Source: Octopus bimaculoides
Lineage: Eukaryota
Assembly: GCF_001194135.2 (NCBI RefSeq)
Contig: NC_068981.1
Coordinates: 121,266,358 to 121,313,046, forward strand
Direction of reading: 5' to 3'
Length of the DNA stretch: 46,689 nt
The notes beneath the pieces are model-generated. The model had not been told where the DNA came from, made no database searches, and saw only the letters and a list, made by a program, of their open reading frames with translations. Of the stretch, positions 1-13,073 are shown piece by piece; the first letter of the stretch is position 1, and each line of letters opens with the position of its first letter. A program made the position numbers and the translations under genes.

Positions 1-58
<58 letters not shown>

Positions 59-194
59 TACACACACACATATATAAATACATATATAAATATATGTATA
101 TATATATGTATAAGTACATATACATATATACATATATATATGTGTACATATATGTATATACCCATATATATATACACATATCTTTACATATATG

Positions 195-239
<45 letters not shown>

Positions 240-606
240 GCATATATATATATATACACATATATAAGCATATATACATAAACATATATATACATGTATG
301 TATATATGTATATATATATGTAAATATGCATATACACATATATGTATATACATATATGCATATATATGTATATATGCATATACACACACATATATATATA
401 TGTATATACATATATCTAGATATATATGCGTATATGTGAATACATATATATATAAATATATGTCCATCCATATATGTATATATTTGTGTATATATNNNNN
501 NNNNNATATATAAATATATGTCCATCCATATATGTATATATTTGTGTATATATATGTGTATGTATATACGTGTATATATGTGTATAAGTTTATGTGTGTC
601 TATATT

Positions 607-650
<44 letters not shown>

Positions 651-945
651 CATATAAATATAAGTATATATATATTTATATATATATGTAGATATATACA
701 TATATATATATGTATATATGTATATATGTATATATATCTGTATATTTACGTATATATGTATATATGTATATGTGTATATATATATACTTAATTGTTTATA
801 TGTGTATATATGTATAAGTATATANNNNNNNNNNNNNNNNNNNNNNNNNNNNNNNNNNNNNNNNNNNNNNNNNNNNNNNNNNNNNNNNNNNNNNNNNNNN
901 NNNNNNNNNNNNNNNNNNNNNNNNTATATATATAAATCATACTAA
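1..945. repeat. (TA)n/(TATG)-rich low-complexity tract with two N gaps (496-505, 825-924)
   Basis: Directly visible. Confidence 0.95.
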
Positions 946-989
946 TTATCACTTTGTTTTAATTAATAACATTAGTAAGCACGTGTACA

Positions 990-1510
990 CTTTTTCATGT
1001 CAATGAATCCGTTCGAAAATCAACAATTAATTGTACCTAATGATGAAGTTAAGATTTACATACATAATATTGCACAGAATTATGTGTCCTTATCTTCATT
1101 CATATTGGCATATTTTTGAAAATGTAACGTTATTACTTTATCTTTTCATCAAAAGATCAACATTTGAGCAATATTTTCCTCATCAGAAACCTATTTTGAT
1201 GAAGTGTGACGTAGACAAGTAAAATATGTATATTGAATTATATATACCGAGTTTAAAGAACAAATCCTGACAGATAAATCTAGCTCGAATTGCTAAAAAT
1301 ACCTAAATTACCGAAAATCCTAAATTACTGTACTTCCTAAAGATCGAAAATCATAACTGATTGCTTAAGTTAATTCAGTCATTCATTTCTATTTCATTTT
1401 ATAATGTGTAAATTTCACATCGTTTGAGGTTAGTAATTTGATGACAATTGTTTCAATTATCATGATGTCGTTAGAGACCTTAAAGAATCTTTTGTCTGAC
1501 ATAGTGAAAA
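990..1510 (-). pseudogene. Possible seventh repeat (G), S1-S3
   Basis: Strong acceptor tttccgttcttctcatag; SDKRFFKVSNDIMIIETIVIKLL (S1-like), KDKVITLHFQKYAN (S2-like), LIVDF (S3-like). Confidence 0.35.
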
Positions 1511-1539
1511 CTATGAGAAGAACGGAAATAAATTATGAT

Positions 1540-1542
1540 CTG

Positions 1543-1609
<67 letters not shown>

Positions 1610-1731
1610 GCCCCCCTCTCTCTCTCTCTATATATATATATATATGTATGTATATATATATATATAATTTATATATATATATATATATATATATATCTAT
1701 CTTCCCATCTATTTATGTATCTCTATATCTA

Positions 1732-1800
<69 letters not shown>

Positions 1801-1820
1801 ATATATATATATATATGTGT
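1540..1820. repeat. Compound (TATC)n/(TA)n microsatellite
   Basis: Directly visible. Confidence 0.95.
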
Positions 1821-2124
1821 CTGCCCCCTGCCTATTCCCCCTCTGTCTCTGTCTAACCGTATGCATATAAAAATCGGTCAGAACAATTCTTTTTTCATTT
1901 TATGATATACATTATCGATCTCTCACAATAAAGACTATAAAATTAAAACTGTCTTTTAGCAAGAAAAAATGCCTACGTCAAAATTAGAAAGGATAATAAG
2001 AAAATTCAATCATAAATGTATCTTCAATATCATCAGAATGTATTTCAGTCTACTATTAAATATATCTCCTAGCCATCCCATCCCAGGTCAATTTCTCTGA
2101 GATAAAACCCTAAACTGAATAGGA

Positions 2125-2301
2125 GGCGGTGAGCTGGCAGGGTCGTTAGCACACCGGGAAAATGCTTATCGGCGTTTCATCGGTTTTTATGTTCTCCGTT
2201 CAAATTCTGCCGAGGTCAGTGTTGCCTTAGATCTTTTTCAAATCGATAAAATAAGGACCAGTTGAATAACTGGGATCGATGTAATCGACTTACCCCCTCC
2301 C
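2125..2301 (+). mobile_element. tRNA-derived SINE, family 'A' (head ggcggcgagctggcagaa...), diverged
   Basis: Shares head, B-box-like ttcaaattc and body with copies at 9580, 16476, 16948 and 33528. Confidence 0.8.
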
Positions 2302-2476
2302 ACTAAACTTAATAGAATGAGATGAATACGTTTTAGTAAATGATATTTTGTTCGCTACTGAGTAAGCTCGTCTAAGAATCGAAAGCTCCCTCTCTCATCA
2401 TTTGCTCTCATATGACGATGTCAAATTGTAATAGGAATGGTATTAATTCATTTCGATATATTTGACAGTAGGAAAA

Positions 2477-2868
2477 GGAGTGGCTGTGTGGTAAGTAGCT
2501 TGCGTACCAACCACATGGTTCCGAGTTCAGTACAACTGCGTGGCACCTTGGGCAAGTGTTCTACTATAGCCTCGGGCCGACCAAAGCCTTGTGAGTGGAT
2601 TTGGTAGACGGAAACTGAAAGAAGCCCTTCGTATATATGTATATATATATGTATGTGTGTATATATGTTTGTGTGTCTGTGTTTGTCCCCCAACATCGCT
2701 TGACAACCGATGCTGGTGTGTTTACGTCCCCGTAACTTAGCGGTTCGGCAAAAGAGACCGATAGATTAAGTACTAGGCTTACAAAGAGTAAGTCCCGGGG
2801 TCGATTTGCTTGAATAAAGGTGGTGCTCCAGTATGACCACAGTCAAATTACTGAAACAAGTAAAAGAG
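2477..2868 (+). mobile_element. tRNA-derived CORE-like SINE (octopus OR-type), with internal (TA/TG)n
   Basis: A-box tggctgtgtggtaag, B-box-like gagttcagt, CORE-like caccttgggcaagt; its 3' part recurs at 32440 and 35612. Confidence 0.8.
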
Positions 2869-3267
2869 TACTTTGACGCTCTGTGTTCAAGAACTGTTAA
2901 GTTTAAGATGCTTTCTGGGAGAACTACGATGTCTAAGCAAAGAAAGTGACCTTTCAACTAACACTTTATAAATACAATCTGTACATAATAAGATGTTTTC
3001 CTAAGTATATTCATCTAGGATTTTGTCGAGCGTATTTTGTTGGTTTCGTCTTACGGAAATTGGCTTAAGAGGGGAGAATGTGTATTAGACATATTTAGCA
3101 GCCTAACAACAATAAAAGGACATCAGTAGTTTCGTTACTACGGCATTTTATTTCTTATCCTTTGCAAGTTAGCAAAAGACATGCTTTCATGCTAAAATTT
3201 TATCGTAACCGTACACAACTTGGTGTTTGTATCTGGTTTGCAAGATTTTTTATGTGAATTTCGTGTG

Positions 3268-3501
3268 TTAATACGGCGTAAAGATAAAATAACTCTTGCC
3301 AGACACAACAAGAAATGGATACAACTTATTAATGGAATTCCTGACATATGCTGAATATTTTAGCATACATACAGATTCTAGACAAGAGTTACTTAATTTC
3401 AAAACTTTGCGACGAATATTTTTGGAAGCCGGTATCGTAAGGCTTGATGTTATTTTTGACAAATCTATGTGAGTCAGTGGCATCTTGTTACAAGGTTTCA
3501 C
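3268..3501 (-). pseudogene. Channel repeat F, CNBD start
   Basis: IRRKVLKLSNSCLESVCMLKYSAY...LYPFLVVSG matches 'l.kv.lf...fl..l...l...y....yfivsG'. Confidence 0.5.
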
Positions 3502-3994
3502 TTTCCATTAAATTACCAGACACGGTTTCAGTACTATATTGGAACGTTTACTTCAGTAATGTCATTTATGTCAATACTTACTCACAATACCTCTGTACTA
3601 TGTGAAATAATATGATTTCATTGATAATATTGTGGTTCTCAGCTATGAATGAGCAAACCTATCATGAAATCCGTTCCAGCCGTGGTCAACTCATCACATT
3701 TGTCTAGGTTTACAATATCTTTTTCAAGACATATATTATGATTCTAGGAAGATTTAGTGGGTATTTCTAGCATGTCGAATGACTACATAGAAGTCATCTT
3801 GTTGACTTTTCATAAGGCTTTCTATTTAACTAATCGATCTCGTTCGTCATTTAGCTGATCTATATATCGAAAATAAGCAAAAAGTTCGTGGTTGCCTATT
3901 CTCTAATGTTGCATGTACTTTTATTTCAAATTCTAATCGGATTTCATTTACTTATTTAATCGATTCTAACTAGACACTAAGATATTAAGTTAAT

Positions 3995-4210
3995 TCAGGC
4001 GATATTTAAATCAGCAAAATGCATTCCAGTAAAAAGTAGTTTTAAAACGATCGCGCACGAGAAACCGCCTTCACTCACTTTCAGAGAGTGAAAGGAGTTT
4101 ATAATCCATTTCAGTTGGTCTGTATATCCAGAAGAAGAACCCATTCTACTCTGACTAAATAATAGAAAATCAGATCCGTCTGAAATTATCCTTGCGTTAT
4201 GAAATATTTT
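3995..4210 (-). pseudogene. Channel repeat F, proximal C-linker
   Basis: GYTDQLKWIINSFHSLKVSEG matches 'y..kl..i..ym....vs..l'. Confidence 0.5.
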
Positions 4211-4704
4211 CTTTTCGACTTCACAATAATGCAATGTATTTTATTGGAAGTGAGCATCGGGAAATGGAACTGATTATTCCAATTCATGGATGCAAGTGAA
4301 ATTATATAGCTTCAAACAAAGACTACTCTTTTCTAAAAATTCACTTTTTACTCTATACAAATTGTCAGTCTCTAATACGCTCGCAAATCATGTATGTACA
4401 TTGAACTTATTCTTATCATCGATGTTTCTAGAACAAGGCAACTGAGAGACACCAAACAAGCGTAATGACTAACATGCGGGTTTATTGTAATTTTTCACGC
4501 TGGAGAATTGAATTTGGCATTTCAACGTAAAGAAACTTTCGTCAATTTAATAGTAGTGCCGTTGCTTATGTTGTTCATTGCATATATGGTCTCTATGGAG
4601 AAAAATTAACTGAAGTAGGGCGAAAAGTTATTTCCGATAACGATAATATTTATAGTATTTTTGAATTGCTAATCCAGGTTTTGAAACTCTTTTCGGAGTA
4701 TGTA

Positions 4705-4904
4705 CGTGGTCTGATCAATAAGTATCACGTGCTGCACACCTTCCTTCCAGTAACTGCTGTAACCAGCAGAAGTAATCTAGAACGTTAAAACTTAGTGCGC
4801 ATGCACATCGGAGTGTAAGGTCAATCTGTGTCAAGCGGCTTTACTCTGCGTGCTTTAGCTTTGTCACTATGGCAACAGTCAGAATACTTATTGATCAGAC
4901 CTTT
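4705..4904. mobile_element. Tc1/mariner-type MITE
   Basis: Perfect 18-bp TIR ggtctgatcaataagtat (4708-4725; reverse complement 4884-4901), flanked by TA at 4703-4704 and 4905-4906. Confidence 0.85.
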
Positions 4905-5756
4905 TATTATGATGTTGGAAAAATTGAAAGGAATTGTTTAATGAAAAGTGCAATGGGAAGCCACCGTCATTACAAGTATATGATAGTGGATCAATGGAGG
5001 ATAGGTATATAATGTTCATGTGTAAGTGGCTGTTATTTTAGTGCCATTATCAATGTTTTTCTTTCTAATATTCTAGTACTTGATATTCAATTAGATGCAT
5101 TAGGAAGCGTTATTTTTGTGCTGTTATCATTCCTATTCTAATTCTAATTTTACACGCATGTCTTCTGTTTCGAGGACGGAGGCAATGAATTCTTTGTTAC
5201 TAGTGTTCCGTATTAAAATTCTTTCGAATGTTTGCTTTCATCTAGAGAACTTAAAATTAAATCTGGTCTACATCATTATAATTCACATTTTAGTCTTTCA
5301 CTACGCAATTAGTGCCATTAATTGTGTCAATGAAAAAGTAGGCTGATTATTAGAAAGAAGATGGGGGAGTTTTATATGTAGCATCATCACAAAATTGAAA
5401 ATTGTTTTCTTAGATCTATTATAATAACTTTGATACTACCGGGTAGAAATATTCGGAAAGACAAAATTGTGCATATAAAGTTGAAGGTTTTGCATACTAA
5501 CTTCAGAATTTTTCTAATGACACATCGAGCATTATTCAGTTTCAGATATTTTTAAAATGCGTTAACAATGAATTTTATTTTATTACATTTTTCACAAGGA
5601 CCGTAAGTAATATCATGTGACGACAAACAAAGTATGACTAACATGGTAATCTTATGGGTTTATTGTTATAAATGCTAATCTTATAATTTTATGAAAAAGC
5701 TCTTTCGATAATCCACTTCTGTGTCTTTTATATAATTGTACTATGTAGAATGAAAT

Positions 5757-5895
5757 ATTCTTTTCTACTCTAGGTCCGAGATTTTTAGGGAGGTGACCAG
5801 TCGATTAGATCGACTCCAGTACGCAACTGGTACTTAATTTATCGACCCCGAAAGATAAAAGGCAAACTCAGAATGTAAAGACAGACGAAATACCG
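5757..5895 (-). mobile_element. 3' part of a family-A SINE (split by the insertion at 5896-6789)
   Basis: Reverse complement reads cggtatttcgtctgtctttac...gtcgataaattaagtaccagttgcgtactgg, as in intact copies. Confidence 0.8.
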
Positions 5896-6582
5896 ATTTC
5901 TTTATTACCACATATGTAACAGTTTGGCTTTCTTCCTTCAACTACGACATTTAATGTCCTCTCGTCCTCCACTTCAATCTGGTAGGGAATTTTTTCTATG
6001 TCCTTAAATGTGGTAAAAAGCCACATTTCGAATCCAAATCCCCGCCAGTTGCGCACTTTTGTTTCCACCACTGGTCCCAATTCCGGATCATCCTTGGTTG
6101 AAGCCAGAACTGTTGCAACTAACCACTCCGGTTTAATTTCTGGTGGCACTCTCGGAATTCTTATTCTCACACTTCTCCTTCATCTATAGCTTGGTGGTAG
6201 CGCAATTTTTGTGTTTTTAAAGATGATGGTCACATGCTTGGTTGCCTCTTCTATGGTGGCAAACCTCACCTCCATCATACCGAACTTTCTTCCTCTGCCG
6301 ATGTACGTGGCTTCATTCACAATTTCTCTCAGGCACTCCTCGATTTCCTCTTCCGTCACCATTTCAATTTTACTGGTCTCGACAACCTGTGTACGGTACA
6401 CAACTGTCCTTAGAATTTTATCTTCGTTGGTCTCTTTTGGGGGGACAATTTGTATGAGTCACCCTCTCCTTCTATCAAATTCCTACTTCTGCTCACCTCC
6501 TCCATATCCCCCTCGATCAGCTTGGTTTCCATTCCAGCAGCACTAGTTTCTTCGCCGCAGCGGCCTTGGCGTAGCTCTCCAT
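5868..6582 (-). pseudogene. Non-LTR retrotransposon ORF1-like protein (RRM-like region plus CCHC-knuckle start), disrupted
   Basis: ATG GAG AGC TAC GCC (MESYAKAAAA) at 6582; MMEVRFATIEEA; RIRIPRVPPEIKPEWL; VVVEGRKPNCYICG. Frameshift and stop present; no ORF2 follows. Confidence 0.7.
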
Positions 6583-6783
6583 ACTGGAGACACTACCACT
6601 TGTCACACCTGGGGAGAAAAATGCAAAGGCTCACGCGAAACGTTACAACAATAAATTCCACAAAAATCACAATTATTCACAGAGACAACTTACAGTAATT
6701 CACACAGTTTTTACAGAGCAACACAGTAGTATTCACAATAATTCACCAATTTCATATGACACGAGATAATTCACAGAGACAGG

Positions 6784-6835
6784 ATACCGCTAAGCAGTTC
6801 GCCCGGCGTGGTAACGTTTCTACCAGTTCGCCGCC
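6784..6835 (-). mobile_element. 5' head of the split family-A SINE
   Basis: Reverse complement ggcggcgaactggtagaaacgttaccacgccgggcgaactgcttagcggtat. Confidence 0.8.
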
Positions 6836-7299
6836 TTTGTGGGATGAATTATTAAAATACTCAGGAGTTCTTGATCATATAAAAAAGAACCATCAGCATA
6901 AAACCAATAAAACCATTGACTGACTCACACAACTGAACATAAGTTTTAAACAGGAACCTAACATAAGTATTTGTAAAAATGATACCAATTTGGGTGAAGT
7001 CAATGTTATGTCAAATGAGTTTGTAAAAACTGTTCAACAACAACTGTAGTCATATTCATATTGAGACGGGTGTAAAGTTTATATATCAGAGTGCTATGTT
7101 TTTAAATGTGATGCATGAAGATTTTTAGGAATCTTAAAATTTGAACAGGAAGGAATGGTTTAACTTAAAGGAGAATAGATGAAATATCTATGAATATTAA
7201 GAAAGCAGCTGAAAAACGTAAGAAAAACAATTCCCTATTTCAGGTTATTGCATGTACATTTGTAGACAACACGAACAGTATTTTAATGAGAACGCTAAA

Positions 7300-8330
7300 C
7301 TGAAAGAAAAAAAGAAAATATTTATTTGAAAGATAGGAGAATCTATTTGTATTGTGATAATATCCTGTTTGTTAAAAATATATCATCATTAGAAAATCGT
7401 CGATTACCAATAACGATGATTGCTCAATAACAGAAATGATAAAGACCTCATAGCAGGTTTCAAAAGAACCATTCACAGACGCAATCTGTTAGTATGAGCG
7501 TCCAGTTGTACATTATTATATGCCGTAATAAAATAGTTATAGAAAAGGATTTTAGGAATCAAGAGCACGTTAATATCTGTGAGATTGAGTTTAGAAAGGT
7601 GGGGGATTTATACACTATGAGCACCTTCACTAATATCCATAAGCTAAAAAATAGACGAACTTCACCCCTGAGAAGTATTTTAGTTCCATTTCTGGCAATA
7701 ACTATTTGTTGTGTAGTTAGCAGTATAGTAATATCAAATCACATAACTAATATGATAACCTGTTCAAGAAGATTTTCTAACCAGAATGAGAGATACGAAA
7801 GATTCCTTTTACATACGGAAGTGAGATAACTCTCCGAAGGAAATTACATAGTAAGATTTATGTATCAGTTTGATTCCAAAGTTAACCTTTCTAGAAGGGG
7901 ATGGAGATATTGAAGACATATGAAAACATAAAAGTATTCTATATTATCTATGCTTATATAGTTCTAGAGTTTAATGAGGTATCGTTCTACCTTGAAAGAA
8001 AATTCATTACAATGATTGATTGTAAAACAGTATTGAAAGCATTAGCTGAAAGACTGGAAAGTTTTCAAGAAAATTTACTTAAAAATATTTCACAGCATGC
8101 CTGAGTTGGCAAAAAATTCTTCTTCACTTAACAAAACGGATCTTGATATATATTCTGGACAGTTATTATAATTAAAAATTGACATAAATAAAAGATTCTC
8201 TGATTATTTTCTTTGAAGTCAAATCACGGATGAAACGGCCTATGTAATTGTGATAATGGTCCAAATGAAGAAGAATTTCGAGAAAAATCAATAAAATCAC
8301 GATGCAATGATTACTAAAAATACATGTGAG
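7300..8330 (+). mobile_element. hAT (Buster/Charlie-like) transposase relic
   Basis: TIHRRNL (CxxH-region-like), RFLLHTEVR*LSEG (HTEVRWLS motif), INKRFSD. Confidence 0.7.
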
Positions 8331-8429
8331 ATAAAGTAGGGAAAACCGAATTCTTGTTAAAAAAGAAAGAAAATTCTATATCTGATGTGATGGATCTGTA
8401 TGTTTCCACCATCATATATTGCTGAGAAG

Positions 8430-8750
8430 CAAATAGTCGGCTGCTACACATGAATGTTAAGAATGGCTATGATTGTCACTCGGAAAGCTCATCTAACTAA
8501 CGAGCATCTTTATAAAAGATCTGCTGGAAGTGACTGAGAAAATTCAGCAGAGAAAAATGGGAATTGCTGGTCATTGCGTTAGTCACTCAGAAAAACGTGT
8601 GTCAACTGGTCTTATGGCAATCAGTTGAAGGAAGAATTAACAGGAGAAGAAGACGTCTAACCTATGTTGACAACTTGGCTCAAGAGGGAGGAATGACAAA
8701 TGTTGACGAATTAGATTAGATCCAGGTAAAAGGGATAAGCAGCATTGAAG
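8430..8750 (+). mobile_element. RTE-clade LINE, C-terminal fragment
   Basis: GCYT*MLRMA...HLTNEHLY followed by a GHC and W-G-R-like region. Confidence 0.65.
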
Positions 8751-9579
8751 GAACATTTTATATTTTGTAGGACAACACAAATCTAAACAATTTCATTAAA
8801 TAAATAATTTTGAAAGCCTTCAATGTACATTTTCGGGGGGCGTGGGTGTGCATCGAAAATAGAATAAGCAAAAGCTGTTCAAGCAAACGACAAAAAATTA
8901 TAGATATTCATCAAATGTTCACCATTCAGCAAGAATCCAGCTTGATGATGCATTCATAGAGTTTTGGGGAGAATTGAAGAACTGATTCAAACACTGTAAA
9001 CAACAAACCTTATTCTACAATTTAAGTTCGTATGTCTTCGACAATAGAGACATCATTATGAACTATTTTAATAATGACCCTTAAATGGACGAAGAAATCA
9101 TCTGAAAATTGTGAGAAACTATCACTGACGGAGAATCTATATTTATTGCATAAAAATCCTGTTTACATGAACAAAAATGTAGTTCCATTAGAAAAATGAT
9201 ATCGACTGCAACTGCTCAATCCCTGAAGTATAAAGGCCACATAGTACAGTGCATTATGTATATATTTATGCATTTGAATACAAACATACATACACACACA
9301 CACACACACACACGAGGGAAGGCTGTGTGTGTGTATTGGAAGCATTGCAATATATTGCATAATTCAATCATTCAGAGTCTCAGTCGATTTTATTATCGTG
9401 AGAGATAACCAGCCTTAGAAATGGGTTTAAGAAGTAGGGCACAGAAAGGTACGTTATGATAAGTCTTGAAAGGCGACAGTGCTGGACTCTATAACCTCTC
9501 TCATGCAAAGTTCTCCTTCCTGTATATCTCCAATTTCATTCATTGGTAATACTCATACATAATGTATTGTTTCCATTGC

Positions 9580-9765
9580 ATACCGGGCCAAATGCTTTGC
9601 AGCCTTTCGTCCGTCTTTTCGTTCTGATTTCAAATTCCGCCAAAGTCGACTTTGCCTTTCATCTTTTCAGAGTCGATAAGTACCAGTTGAGCACTGGGGT
9701 CGATGTAATTGACTTACCCCATCCCCGAACTTGGTGGTCTTGTACCAAAATTTGAAATCAATATT
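9580..9765 (+). mobile_element. Family-A SINE, 5'-truncated
   Basis: ttcaaattccgccaaagtcgactttgcctttcatc...gtaccagttgagcactggggtcgatgtaat. Confidence 0.8.
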
Positions 9766-10019
9766 ATTACTTTCTTTATTCGCAATACTTAGCATTGTTA
9801 TCAAATCTCTTAATTAAATGAAGTCATATAGCAAATATGGTCGCCCATTTAGGAAATTTTCTTTTAATCAAAATGACAGGTATGAATTTTACCTCTTCGA
9901 GAGGTAGGAAAGATTTGAGAATAGAGTGGGCGAAACATTTTGAAGGAGACGGTGTATAAATATATAGATATCCATCAAATGTTCCTTATTAAGAAACAAA
10001 CAGTTAAATTTCATGGTGA

Positions 10020-10480
10020 ATTCCTGTAAGTATTGAAGAGCTAGTTGGAAGAACTTAAACTCGATTTTTGTCCCTATCCATACTTATGGTCTTGAATTTT
10101 GAGTAATGACCAAAGGATTACAGTTGTGAATACAAGTGACCGAAATGGGGTTCTCCCAAAGTAACGCTACTCGACAAGGAGCATAATTTGGAGATCGGGG
10201 ATCCCGCCAGGTCGAGCCACTATTTCTTTGCATTGGGAGCTTCCAGCTCTGGTACTACGGGCAGGTAATTAGAATGTCGCAGCAAAGAATCGCAAGACGG
10301 ATTCTACAAGGTGAGCCAACCGGTAGGGTACCTAGGGGTAGAAAAAAACGTGATGGTTGGATGATATCTATATTGTCAGTTGGACATGCTTAATGAATGA
10401 AGCCAGAAATTCTAATCTCGCTAGCTTCCGGTAGGCCATAATGGAGGAGATGCTAGAGGTAGCTGACCCCACGAGCCTTT
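10020..10480 (+). mobile_element. RTE-clade LINE, C-terminal fragment
   Basis: IFVPIHTYGLE..VMT...QVTEMGF...VEPLFL...QLWYYGQVIRM...RGRKKRDGW. Confidence 0.75.
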
Positions 10481-10938
10481 CAGGAATAATATTAGACAAG
10501 ACAGTTGAAATATGGATGGACAGTTGAAATATTGTAGAAAATAAACTAATTCTTCACTTCTTCAATTCAGGTTAATGCCCCAATGTTGTAGATAACACGA
10601 CTTTTCTCCTGATGTTTACATGTTATTTTAATGATGACTCTAAATGGAAATAGATATATTACATAAAAATGGGTAACCTATCATTATTGCGCTGAAATCT
10701 TGATATGATGAAAAAATATAATTCCATTATAATATATCAATTACAACTGATGATGATTAATTAATGAGCCAAATCATATAGTAAATAATTCTTGTTTGGA
10801 ATTGTTTATGGCATCAGCAATATATTAATAATTATGATTATCTTTGTAATAATAATTATGCTTAACGATTTCGTTTCATATTTCAGGCTGTTGAAAGTAA
10901 AACACACGTGAACAACACATTATATGATAAGATTTTGA

Positions 10939-11830
10939 TTATGTCTTGGTTTCCATTGCATAGTTACACTCGTTAAAAGCATAATACTCAAATGCATGCT
11001 GTGATAAACTGAATGATATCGTAGACGGTGTTTTTATAATAGACTGTGCCTTCGACTTCCTTACATAATTCAGTATTACATACATTGTAACAAAATAATT
11101 TAGACTAGCAAAACTCTCGCGAATTTCATGGAAGAACAAAAATATATGAATACTTTTGATAAACATTAGTGCTGCCAACTACATTTCATTTATAGTATAT
11201 GCTTTTAAATCGCACGAAATTCATCACCTTTGCATGATAGAATATAATATAACGCAATGTGTTAAAACGCACTATTTAAATTCTACCGGTTTTAGCAGAT
11301 ATATTTAACATATTTGACTTCTAGTGTTCAAAAAATTTCGATATAATTACTAACGAACCCGAAAATAACTATTAGACGTTTAGATTAGTTGAGTAAAGTG
11401 TTTCCTCAATTCTCTTTGGCTGAATATATTGTACAAATTTCTAAACATGGAAAATTCTGGAAGTCAACCAGCTCAGAGATGTAGACTAAAATCTATAGCC
11501 TGTATTTTTGAAACATTTGCCTTAATCGATAATAGGTAAATAAAATTTACATATGAATAGAACATCATGTAAACAACTTGCTCACTCAAAACCGTTCCTT
11601 TCAAAGACTCTTTTTGCAAATGTGGTCCGCCAATTAAATGGGCTCAATAATTTTTTTTCAATAACTAAAAAAATACGCATGGGAGCTCAACTAATAATAA
11701 TAATAACTTTTTTAATGCTTTGTACTTCCTTTCCCTTATAATCAGGTTTATGACTTTGCGTTTGTTCGCAAGAAAACTTATATTTTCTAACCTAAGTATT
11801 TCTTCGAAAGGAATTAATACTATTTCGTGT
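10939..11830 (-). pseudogene. Channel repeat F, S1/S2 to S6
   Basis: LVDFQNFPCLEIC (S3 'D....PlEi'); HIALYYILSC...KCSW (S5); ASLNYFVTM (pore helix); STISFSLSQHAFEYYAF (S6). Confidence 0.55.
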
Positions 11831-11989
11831 TTCTGATTCTCATGGCCTACATTAACTGCATTTCTTTTTTAAGATGAAAGGGCATGATCGTGAAGGAGAT
11901 TTGGTTGTTTTTTTCTAACATTTCATGCGACCTCACAGAAATTCTCAATATTAGTGAATATTGACGATGGGTACCTATGACAGCATTGA

Positions 11990-12281
11990 CACATTAGCAT
12001 TCAATTACTCAACCAACTGGGTACCTGCTCTTTGAATTAGTATACAGAAGACTCAGACGTGTGGACCTTTAATGTAATTCCCAGCTACATTCACCATGAC
12101 AAGGTTGGACTACTGAATTACAAGTACAGACTATCCAATAACTTTCTATCCAAATTAACATAGAAGACTTGTGTAACCAGTAGATTTGGAATGTGCACTT
12201 GCCCAATATACCCCACAATGGGTTCGAAGACGGATTTTGTGGTTGCGATGCAAACGTCGTAACCATTCAGTCACAACACTC
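11990..12281 (-). mobile_element. tRNA-derived SINE, diverged
   Basis: Reverse-complement head gtgttgtgactgaatggtta..cttcgaacc and CORE-like ttgggcaagtg. Confidence 0.55.
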
Positions 12282-12299
12282 TAGACTTAACGATTATTT

Positions 12300-12860
12300 A
12301 ACCATCGGCAGAAGTATTCGCTTGAAGCTTCCACCGTATTAACATAATTCAGGATATATTAAAATAATTTTCTTTGAAAATACATAATTAACAAAAAAAT
12401 TAATAAAATAATGAAAAATAAGCATGCTGAATATTGGGAGACTATAAAATTCTTATAATTGCAAATCAGTGCGATGACTCAGAGTCAGAAAGATACACGT
12501 TGTAAATTGAATAATAAAGAGCTTATACAACCTATCTATACAATTTCTTCTAATAATTTTAACACATTAAAAAAAAAAAAACATCTGTTGGCGTAATAAC
12601 AAAAATCTTGAAGCTAAAGATACTATTTCTCAGATGTCTTCCTATAATTATAATTAATTACGTTATTATAATTTTAACATTTACCAATTTTAGAGAAGCA
12701 GGTGCTGAAGATAATCAATAGATTGATTTCATATTTTATGAAATAATTATAACTTAGAGTATGAAAAATCAGCTGTACTCTGCATTAAGCAAGCTTTTTT
12801 GTAAGGTACCGCGTGTGTTAGTTCGAACACATTCACTCGATATTTGCAAGTTAATTATCC
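12300..12860 (-). pseudogene. Channel repeat E, CNBD
   Basis: YLTKKLA*CRVQLIFHTLSYNYFIKYEINLLII; IGCISSLLFNLQRVS matches the phosphate-binding cassette 'FGEisll...pR'; IILIYPEL matches the hinge. Confidence 0.55.
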
Positions 12861-13073
12861 TAATCAGGTTTATTGTTGTAAGTAGCCAACGATAAACAGT
12901 TAAAGCAATAGGTTAGCAATACTACATGCAAGTAAAAGCTATCCATGAATATGGGGGACCTGCATGAAGTTAGAGAACCTACTGTAAAGAGCTACCGAAT
13001 TATCTCAACGAAAAAGGCATTTTACTGCCTTAACAAGGAGAAAGATTGAGAAGATAGTGTAGTCTAGGATGTA

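Noticed and set aside
448-553. Direct repeat of about 48 bp either side of the 10-N gap
   Set aside because: Typical contig-overlap artefact at a scaffold gap, not biology.
38-945. Long YI/IY-rich ORFs
   Set aside because: Translations of (TA)n microsatellite and N gaps.
2477-2560. tRNA genes at SINE heads (also 16476, 17146, 33528)
   Set aside because: A/B boxes are present but there is no complete cloverleaf, and each continues into a SINE body.
6784-6835. LINE with its own tRNA-like Pol III 5' end
   Set aside because: The rest of the same SINE resumes at 5895, so the head belongs to a split SINE.
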